Part shown: in pieces, positions 28,761-39,300 of the stretch
Layout of the letters: the number at the start of each line of letters is the position of its first letter
Position numbering within the stretch: position 1 is the first letter of the stretch
Source: Deltaproteobacteria bacterium TL4
GTDB taxonomy: Bacteria; SAR324; NAC60-12
DNA: 49,670 bases
Direction of reading: 5' to 3'
NCBI GenBank assembly: GCA_051382335.1
Contig: JBBCAX010000216.1
Location: 1 to 49,670, forward strand
Translations under genes and position numbers: made by a program
Notes under the pieces: model-generated
The model's database searches: none
Told to the model about the DNA's origin: nothing
The model's input: only the letters and a program-made list of their open reading frames with translations

Positions 28761-30125
28761 TCAGTCCTTCCCTTTTATTGAAGGGAAACGTTGTTCGATT
28801 TCAAACGAATTCATTGGTCGGTGTAAAAAAGTTTTTCCCTTGCTGCTATAACGAGCAACCCCTTGTCCTTGACCATACAGCTTATATTTATAAATAACCA
28901 GTCCATCTAGACCAACAGGCCCACGAGCATGGGTTTTACTTGTGCTAATTCCCACTTCGGCACCAAATCCATAACGAAACCCATCTGCAAAACGGGTGGA
29001 AGCATTCCAAAAGACACTGGACGCGTCTACCTCGTTCATAAACTGCTCTGCGCTGTTTTGATTTTCAGTCACAATCGCATCGGTATGCTTTGACCCATAT
29101 CGATTGATGTGCTCAATAGCCGCACCCAAAGAATCCACCATTTTGACTGAAAGGATCAGATCCGTATATTCTGTCGCCCAATCTGCTTCTATCGCCTCTT
29201 GCAATGAAAGGGGATAGGAAACTAAACACTCTCTAGTTGAATCACATACCCGTAATTCAACACCGGACTCTTGGAGTTTTTGCAGGATTTCCGCAAGCAA
29301 TCCGGAATCAAACTCTCGATGAACCAGTAGCGTTTCCATTGCATTACAAACAGCTGGATACTGAAGCTTGGCGTCGATCACAATTTCTCTGCTTTTTTCA
29401 GCATCAGCATCCTTATCCAAAAATACATGACATATTCCATCAGCATGAGCTAGTACAGGTACACGGGAGTTTTGTTGGATATGACGAACTAAGGAATTGC
29501 TCCCTCTGGGGATGATCAAATCAATAAACTCACTCATTTGAACAATCTGAGCAACTTCTTCCCTGGTTTGGATTAAGTTAACCGCATTTGCAGGAAAATA
29601 CTCAAAGCGGGCTAATACGGAATTAATAATTTCAACTAACACCTGATTAGAGTGGTTTGCTTCTTTTCCCCCTTTCAAGATCACAGCATTACCCGATTTG
29701 ATGGTTAAGGCTGATATTTGTACCACCACTTCAGGACGGGATTCAAAGATCACCATTAATACACCAATAGGTGTTGTGACTTGATATAATTCCAGTCCTT
29801 CATCCAGCAGGACTCCTTTCTGGATTTTACCTACAGGGTCCGGTAAATTGGCAACACTTTCCATATTCAATGCCATTTGCTCAATCTTGTCCTTGTTGAG
29901 CACTAAACGCTTGAAAGCACTGGCTGTCAATTCACTATGAGCTACCATCTGTTGCCCAAGCACTAAATCCTGTTCATTAGCATCCAAAATACGTGTTTGA
30001 TTCAAACGAAGCTCACTTGCTATGGCTTTCAGTACTTCATTTTTTTGAGTAGTGCTCAAATTGGCCAAAGTAATTGAAGCGTTACGTGCCGCCTCCGCTT
30101 GCTTTTTTAGTGCATCACTGACCAT
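28761..30125 (-). CDS. proA: gamma-glutamyl phosphate reductase
   Basis: IFESRP, ILKGGKEA, IPRG, CNAMETLL, NASTRFADG, EVGISTSKTHARGPVGL motifs. Confidence 0.97.
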   Translation of the reverse strand: MVSDALKKQAEAARNASITLANLSTTQKNEVLKAIASELRLNQTRILDANEQDLVLGQQMVAHSELTASAFKRLVLNKDKIEQMALNMESVANLPDPVGKIQKGVLLDEGLELYQVTTPIGVLMVIFESRPEVVVQISALTIKSGNAVILKGGKEANHSNQVLVEIINSVLARFEYFPANAVNLIQTREEVAQIVQMSEFIDLIIPRGSNSLVRHIQQNSRVPVLAHADGICHVFLDKDADAEKSREIVIDAKLQYPAVCNAMETLLVHREFDSGLLAEILQKLQESGVELRVCDSTRECLVSYPLSLQEAIEADWATEYTDLILSVKMVDSLGAAIEHINRYGSKHTDAIVTENQNSAEQFMNEVDASSVFWNASTRFADGFRYGFGAEVGISTSKTHARGPVGLDGLVIYKYKLYGQGQGVARYSSKGKTFLHRPMNSFEIEQRFPSIKGKD

Positions 30126-30259
30126 GAATCCTCATTTGCTATGTTTTTTTAACACTAATTTATCCTTGATGAGATTATTCACCTCTATAACATAGGAATT
30201 CCACATAAAGTCGCAATCTTTTTGTCTGAGTTTATGGTTGTTGTTTTTTCATTCGCTTT

Positions 30260-30301
30260 AAAACAAAAAAAGCCAGCAAATGCGTTCACACTCGCTGGCT
30301 T
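30260..30301 (-). terminator. intrinsic terminator of the giant lipoprotein gene
   Basis: On the minus strand, AAGCCAGCGAGTGTG-AA-CGCATTTGCTGGCTT followed by TTTTTGTTTT. Confidence 0.8.
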
Positions 30302-30338
30302 CAGTTCATCATTATTGATTCAAAGACTATTTAAGCGG

Positions 30339-33300
30339 TTATTGTGTCTTCCCTGCTGGAGGCAAAAACTCAATTTTCACACCCGTCGTTGATAGAGAGA
30401 TTCTTAAATCACTGACATATTCAGAACCATTCGGACTAGGTTGAAAAAACTGTAATATCATAGAACTCGTCATTGGCTGTTCCACATCAGTCATAAATTC
30501 TGTTAATTGTGGCCATTTAACACGGAACCCTGCATAAAAATGAATGAAATCCGCAGAAAATCCAATGATTGAGGTTGCATTTGGAGGTACCGCACTTTCT
30601 GCAGCACTTTGAAGTTCGCCTGAAGCATCCCTATAAATTTGATCTCCATTAGCTAATTCAAATACAGAATTCTCACCTCCTCCGTTGCTACCTGTTGGAT
30701 CATCTACGAGAGAAACATAAACACCCCCAGTTGTTGCATGAATCCTAATGTCTGTAACGTTGTCAGTCGTATTATCAGCATGAGTGTAAGTTATGGTATA
30801 GATTTCATCGGTCGTTCCAGGAGTAATGCTACTCGTTGGTTGTAGCTCACCCTTTTTTGCATGCCATGATGTCCCAAATTTTAAGGAACCATCACTCCCG
30901 ACAGTAAATATTACTGTTGCGCCAGTCGGTACAGTTTCTCCACTTCTAGCAACTTCAATCGTTTGTCCATTTTCTAAAATGGCGTATAAACGATCGCCAA
31001 CGTTCAAGGTAACCTCGCTGTCACTACCGGTACCATCACCACCGCCATCACCACCGCTTGAGCAATTCAATCCGCCAGTATTCTTAGGCTGATCTAACAT
31101 CCAGTCTGTGAAACCACAAATTTGTTGTTGATTCAGAACATTAACGATATCTGAAGTTTTTGCGAATATTTGTACAGAAGTTAGTGCGAAATCAATCTCT
31201 GTAGCCTCTCCAGTTGGAGTGTTGACATGATTGCCTGTTGTAAAGGTACCTGAAAACACGACTTCTATCAGAAGCATTTTACAGTTAGCATCACCATATC
31301 TCAAATTTTTTGAGATAAACTGATTTCCAGTCACGATCAATGTTTCTCGGGTTGTTTCATTTGGATTTTCCATATCTTCCACACAAGGCGCTTCCCAAGA
31401 ACCCTCTAACCCTGTACCGCTAATATTGACTCTAGTTGATCCTTGCAATTCTAATTCATTGGGACGATCTTGAGTCATTTCCTCACCAAAGTGAAGCATA
31501 CCCGTGCTGTCAATCATGAAAATATCCTTCAGGACATCTCCGGGAGCCGGCATCTGGTTACTATATTCACCACCACCGGTGCCGTTGTTATTTGACGGTG
31601 GCATGAACAAGACATAGACACCACCACTTTCTGTCTTATGAACCTTTATGTCTGAAAGACTGTCCATTGAACCATCAACCTTAGTATGCACTATGGTATA
31701 GGTTTCCTCAGTCATTACAGTGTTAATGACACTCTCTGGGAGTTGATCCCCCCTTTTCGCATTCCATGATTTACCAAAATTTAAGGCACCTCCGTTCCCA
31801 ACGGTAAATATTACGGATGCACCGTCTGGTAAAATTTCGCTATTTCCAGCGATGCTAAATCCCTGGTCACCTCCCAAAATGACATACAAACGATCACCAA
31901 CGTTCAATGTCGTTCCGTTACCATCACCACCAGTGTCGTTTCCACCGTTTTCACCGTCGCTACCAGGCATAAAAAATTCGACGCTGATACCAGTTCCATC
32001 AAGCTTCACTTTCATATTTTTGACCGTACTCCCCTCATACACTAGCGCATACTCATCTCCAGTGGGTATAGCATAAATGGTGGCCATTTGACTGCCCCCC
32101 TTCTCTGCATGCCAATCTGGACCAAAGGTGATGAGAGCGTCATTTCCGACAGTAAACACAATGGATGCATTGGAAGGGAGAGACTCACCGCTTCGAGCGA
32201 TCTCAATTTTTGATTCGCCTAAAATCACATAGGCTCGATCATCTGGACCTAAGCTCATGCTCGATCCACCACCGTTAGTGTCACCTCCTCCGTCAGAACT
32301 GCCGCCAAATCCGATGCCCCCCTCAACAACACCATCAGCGTAATTATTTGAAAATACAACAATAACCAGTTGATTTTCTTTACTCATGAGTTCAGAAACC
32401 TGAGAAGTTTCCAGGACTTTCTTTGCTTCAGTATAAGCAAACGCGCCTTCAAATTTCCAGTCTGACGCTGTTGCCAACTCGAGTACTAATTCTGGACCTG
32501 ATGTGGTTTTTTTATAAATAGCAGCGGTTGTCAAGAAATCACCAAAACCTAAATCAATACCAAGACGATAACTCAAACTGACAATTTCTCCGTCCTTTAT
32601 GATTTCAAATTCAGCGTTTCCAAATATTCCACTCTCACTCATTGGATTCAATGGAAATTGGCGTGGTCCATTGGCAGGACCAGTACCGCCACCCGGTTGA
32701 AGTTTGACATACGCGGAATTGTCACGAATGTTGACATCCATGCCATAGGAAATATTATCTTCTCCAACCGTTCCAACCAAGAAATAGAATCCGCTATTTT
32801 GCAGATTATCTACGCTATTGCCCTCAGGAGTTGTAATTGTCCACCCATTTGCGGTCACAGGAACCAACTGTGCTTTTCCAGCTCGTGTTACCATCATCAC
32901 CGCTGCTAAACCACCATTATTGAGATCACTTGGAGGATTAGTCTCATTAGAAACAAATTGACTTTCCGCTCTCAAAAAAGTGTTGCCCATCGGATCTTGA
33001 TCACGGAAAAAAACAATCGCGTCATTCTGGAATAAATTTCTTTCAAAGAAACTTGGAGGCGGCTGTATACGAATAGATACTTCTTGCAGATCTGCATACA
33101 TCACAAACTCAAAATTTTGGACATCAGCATTCGTACTCTTCACATTGTAGAAATTTTCTCGCTGATCTTTCCTTGGCTGAGTTACCTTTCCACTCACTAC
33201 TCCTGGTCCCTGAAGATCAAAAGTATTTGTATCCGCGCTTTCCAAAATGGCTTGAGAACTGCTGATGGTCAAAGTCAATATTTTTGTATCGCCTGCCGGG

Positions 33301-36300
33301 GTGCTTCCTGCAAAGAAACTTCTATTGGAATAATAGATCTCATGTGTTCCAATACCTAAACTGGATTCAAAGGAACTTCCCCCTCCTTCACCGGGACCTG
33401 TGGGCACACTGTTGCCGGGAGGTAATATTCTTACCTGAATCTCAGCGGCAGTTGGATTGTCTTCATTATCAATCCAGAGATAGGTAATATCAAGGTCATA
33501 CTCTCGATTAAGCGTTGCATTGGAGATTCTGAAAATACCACCTTTGCCATATTTCAACTCAAGTTCTGTTGCATCAGAGCCTTCAACATTGATTTTCCAT
33601 CCATTATTGAACTTCACTTTCTTTTCACTTAGATAGACACGGATCATTTCCGCGCCAAGTTGGATTCCCGCCTGATCAACACTAAAGAAATCATTTTGAA
33701 ACAACAGAACCTTTGCAGTTACAGGAGCCACATTTTGAGTAAAGAGATTTGCGTTGAACAGTTCGGAGCCATTAGTTCCATTGCCATCGCCACCAGCAGG
33801 GCCAATGAAGAGTTCAAACCATCCCGCTTGAGGATCATTGCTCTGGATTTTTTGGCCTTCAAACTTGAAGGATTTACCGGAATCCAGTGATACATCAAAT
33901 CGAGCATCATTGTTTGTACTGCTGTCAACCGTTTTTTCAAAGATATTAATGGCATTTCTAGTCAGAGCGGTGAAAACCCCGGGAGGATTTTCAAACTGAA
34001 CGGAACTGACCTTGCTGCCAAAAGTGAAGGTCCATTGATTTCCACTTTGTACCACTGAAACATCCTTGTTTCCGTCTCCATCAAAATCATGATCTCCAAC
34101 CAGACCAAAGGAAGGCGGAGGTAAGAACCATGCAACTTTCATCTGACTACTGTTGATGAAACGAATGTCAAAATCTACACCCTGCTGTTCCTGAAGCGCA
34201 ACATACAAGAAAGAACCCGGATTAATGGTTTTGCTTGTTCCTCCTGCGTTCTCAATCTTACTTTCATTAGAAGCAGATCTGACATTAATGAAGTCTTTAT
34301 TACCATCCATCTCAATTACAGCACCGTCACTTGGACCAAGCCTATAAAACCCTGGTTGATTTAAATCTATTGAGGTTACTTGTTCTTTATCTTTTAAGAT
34401 TAACCAGTCAGAAACGGTACTTGCGAGAGTTAATACACTTCCACCATTCGACTCTAGTATGGCAACTGGAGTCTTCTCAACACCACATCGTTTTGAATAA
34501 GAGTCAGTACTAATTTCTCCACATGTCGGTTTGGTGATACTGTCTATTTTAATTTGTGCGGTTTTATTAAAATCAAGTTTTCCTTCGGTCAGAGGTGTAG
34601 GTGCGCTTCCAAATGCGGCATTTCCTACATTACTACCAAAAGTAAGTGATGCCGAAGCTTGGTCTGTCATAGCCGTCACAGTAAAGAGCACTTTTGTTGG
34701 ATCAGAACAAGTTGCTCCAAATTCAACCATCCCATTCGTAAAACAAACAGCGTCATTGGTTGCAAGCTTGAGTTCGTTATTAACACCGGCAGTTGCTCCT
34801 CCTGTTGTGGTAATCCCGTCAAAATCAGCGATACTCGCACCGATGAGTTCACCGGCTGTACTCAAAAAGGAGGTCAAGGTAAAATCACATGAACGTCCTC
34901 CAGGAATTCGTGGACCAATACGAAACTCAGGTTTCTTGATAACACCACCAGGTCCTTTTGCAGGCTCATATAAGTGATCTCGAAATTCAGAAATGAATTC
35001 TGTCATACTTTCTTTTCCCGCACAATAAATCTCCAATTGGTAATCCGTCGCGTCGGAAATACTATCCGCTGAAATGACAATGTCACGACCTATATCAATA
35101 GATGTTTTGTTTTTTTCAACCTCGCTAAAGAGTTGAGCTGACTCTGCGCCCACCTGAATTTTAACATTTGAGAAGACAATCGTTTGCCCTGCCGCAGGAA
35201 CCATGATTTGAGACTCAGTCGTTATTGAGGGGCGGGCTTCACAATCCATTGCGCCACACTTGAGAGGGTTTCCATCCAAGTCCAATGACTTACGGAATTT
35301 TATTGATGCCACAAATTTAGTACGCTTACCTTTCAAAGCTGTAAAGGATGTGGAATTTTGCGAAGGAGTGATTTTGAACGATGCTTCTTCAGAACTTACA
35401 AAATCCTGAGCAATTTTTAATCCTGTGACCTCTTTTGCCGTACAAGTAAGAGCGGTTAGACTTCCTTCACTTTGCTTTGGAGCGTCACATGTAAAAATCG
35501 TATAATACTCAGTCGCGTCGGGGAAAATGCTGGCATTTTGTAATGTCACCGAACGAATATCTCCAGGATAGACCCCACGAGTTCTAATAATGAATGAACG
35601 GCTTATAGAACCAGTAGTACTTCCTTCTTCGACAATTGAGGTAATTTCGATGCCGCTTCCACCACCACTTGAAACGCCAGCACTGCCAGCATTAGTACTG
35701 GTACCCGCATTCGCGACAGTACCGCTACTTGGCTTGATGTTCGGATCCCCATCATTGGGATCAAAAATCGCAGGCACACCGTCAAAGTCCGCGTCAAATA
35801 CATCTCCTATGGCTGTTTGCAGAGCTCCATCATAGTACAATTTGGGCAAGGTGCTTGAAGTTGTACAACCTGTGCCAAGACAAAACACTTGTTTTTCAGA
35901 TTTCACAATCTCCAAACCAATGTCCATATTCGCTTGAGGATCATTTGAAGGGCGATTACGAACTACTCGTGCCATATAAGCATAACTTGATCCCTCCCTG
36001 ATGGCAACAATATCTCCATCCGTTAAACCAGTAATGTATCCAATGGCTGATTCGGGTTTCGGAGACATGACATAAGAGCGGGTTTGTTGCTTGAATTGTA
36101 ACTTCACAAAAGTAATACCACTTCGACCTGCGTCCAAACGGACAGGGACTTTAGAATAGTCAAAGTTTGCTCCAAAATCAGCCACACTGGAAATCTTCTC
36201 ATTGAAGTATTCTCCTGCATAACGGATAAAAATCCCACTGGTTGCGGATTCCAAACCAACTGCGAGAGAATTGTTTGAATCCCAATCCACTTGTTTAGGA

Positions 36301-39300
36301 GCTATAACTCCTTGCTGTGGACCATTGAACCCACTAGGCGCTTCTAAGACCAGCCAATCTCCAAAAGCCAGGTTTTGACGCTGAATTCCCGCTTGTGACG
36401 CTTGATTACTGATCGGCCCCGCGTTAAATCCTGCTTCTGCAATTTGAACCTCTCCACGGGAGTTGATTTCAGCAAACCCAAAATTCAGGACTGCTCTTTT
36501 TTGTCCACTAGGATCCGTCATAACGTCTATGAATCGTAGTTCAATAACCCAAAATCCTTTATCAGGATCTCTAAACAGAAAAACTTGATCATTGATAAAT
36601 TTCGCAGGATCCAGCGTAATTGAAGTTGCTGCGGTTTTCGCATCGATTTTGTCTTTGAAGGAAGATGTCTGAGTTCGCAATGAGCGTCCAACAACCGGAG
36701 AGATCCCTTGCAATTCCTCACCTGCCGTTACCGTCAAAGTAAAACCCAATCCTTCAGTATCAGACATGGTTTGGTAAAGCGGAGCAAAAGCGGCATTGGT
36801 AGTGTCTTTCACTTTCAAGGAGTATTTTCCACCCGTTACAGACACTAAATAAAAGTCCAGTTTTCCACGGCCAGCTGTCTCGTCACTTTCGGTCACCATA
36901 ATAGGAGCACCTGGTAACTTAAAGTTGCTCAGATCCACGCCTTCTGGCTGAGACTTGGTGGGCTTGCCTTTGCTGTCAAATTCTATACCACGTTGTTGAT
37001 CAGACGTTAATCCCATTCCGGGAATGTTCACCATTTTCTGGTCTGAGCCTATCATGTAAGGAAATTCCTTGGGACAGACATTAATGACATTAGAAAAACC
37101 ATCGATATAGAATTGAAACTCTGGTAAATCATTCGAGTAACTGTCAATACCAAAGCGAATGACAAAGTCTCCAGGAAAAGTAACGTTATTTTCAGCACTC
37201 AAGACCATACTATAAGTCCGTTGCTTATTAGCATAGGATCCTTTATCCAGGGTATAGTCCGTTCCAGCGGTTAAAGCTTCTCCTTTGAAAAACTGACCAT
37301 TGTCCTTAGATACTGGAAATAAGTTTAAATTCAATACCTCAGAATTGTTTATTCCAGCGTTTGGATCTAACCCATCATAGCGTCCCACTGTACACTGAAC
37401 GGTCACACTACTGACATTTGTACCTAAGAACTGGGTTAAGTTTTGTGCCTTAAACTCAGGAAGTTCAGGCAAAGAACTGCTCAAAAGATTTTTCTTGGGA
37501 TCACTCATTTTACTTGCGGCTTCCGTAAAGGCCGCACTGTTCTGGATCGTTGTGATATTGAGAAGAGAAGCAATAATACCGGCAATGCTAACGTCAGAAC
37601 TTTTAGGAACGAGTTCTTTAAAGTTCTCGAAGTTTGGACGCCAACGAGTTGTTGTTTTAATTTTGATTTCTGTGTAGAACCCTTTTTTATCTTCAATGAG
37701 ATGTGTTCGTTCCAACAACATGTTCAGCAAGAAAAACGCCGTCTGAATATTAACCTTAGTTTCACTGGTAAGCGTCTGCCCATAAAGATTTTGAGGAATT
37801 GCGGCCGTTAACCCGCGTGCAATCGCGTCACTAGCCGAAACAAAAGCAGGAGTGGCAGGAATATTTTTTGCGCGATTTCCTAAAACTAAATCCTTATATC
37901 CCTCTTTTGTTGCTGGGTATTGTGCTTCCACTTCATCTAAGTTGAAGCTACCCTTTTGTTGGAGTCTCTGAAGATTTGCATTAATCGCATTACCCGAAAA
38001 CATAGAGTAAAAATTTTCACTTTGGGTCAAGAGATTCGCTGTTTTCACAGGATCTGTCCCAAGCGTAATACTCAAAGCGCGAATTAATTGACTGCTATCA
38101 ACGGTTGCTCCGCTTGTTGGCGCGATTTGACGTCCTGAAAAGATAGGAAATCCTTCAGGAGTAATATTGACAGGCTCTGAGACCCACTTGAAGTTTTTTG
38201 CTAAAATTGCAGCAATATCCTTGATCGCAATGGTTTTATCATTGTTATCAATTAACTTTGCAATCGCCTCATCCGAAATCAAGGTGCCTGCACCATTCTG
38301 GATGGTACGTGCCATTTCATGGAATAACCGAACACGATCCACTTTCCTGGAATCAGAAGAAGTTGCCGTGCCTTTAAACAGTTTATCCTGAGCAGCATCA
38401 ATGGCAGCCTGGTTTAAACCAGCTAATTTAGTAGGAGTGCCCGCAGGATTTGACTCATTGGCAAGAGAAGGTGCACTTGCGAAATCGCCTGTGATGGTTC
38501 CTGAACCGATTTTAAATGCCCGGTAACTTGGCTCTCCCAAAGCACGCATTCCAGGAATTTCAGCATCAGAAAGGTGAGGCGGTGCAGGGAGATTCACGAC
38601 AACGACCGATGTTTTACTACCGTTATCTTGAGCAACAAGTACAGGAAATCCCATCGTTAAGAAAAATCGCTGTATTGCCAGCTTAATTCCTGTGTTTTTA
38701 CTCTCTGCAAAACTGGCACTACTTGTGACTGAACTAAATTGTGAATCCGCTGCGGCAATCGCATAAACCCCTTGGCTCATCGTATTGGAAAGTCCCGCTA
38801 ACAATCCAGATTCCTCACTACTCAAGGAGGAGGAGAGGTTGCTGTTAGTATTGGTTGCAGAAGCCGACAAAACCACACTTGAGGCAGCAACCGTTTCATC
38901 TTTTTTTGCTAATTCCGTTTGTAGAGAAGCCAGTTGATCAGCGTCCATGGTAACGACCAGATCCTTTTCCTGTGAATTAAATACATCACTTGCAGATTGT
39001 CCGTCAGGAATGCTAATCGTGCTGGTATCAGCTGTTGCCAATACGGTGGTCACGGTATCTTCCACACTTGATAAAATTGCTTTGATTAATGTGTCCGCAA
39101 GGGCACCATCTCCCAACAATCCTCTAATCGGATCCAGAGCTGTCTTGACTGCAGTAAGAATCTGTTTAACTAGGCGGTGTACAATTGGATTAACTTTGGT
39201 TACGTTAGGCTCTCCTTTGTCATCCAGATTGTTGGGATCCCCAATAGAAGTCATCGCCATGGGCTGTTCATTACCATTGCTGTCTTTACGAACAATAACG

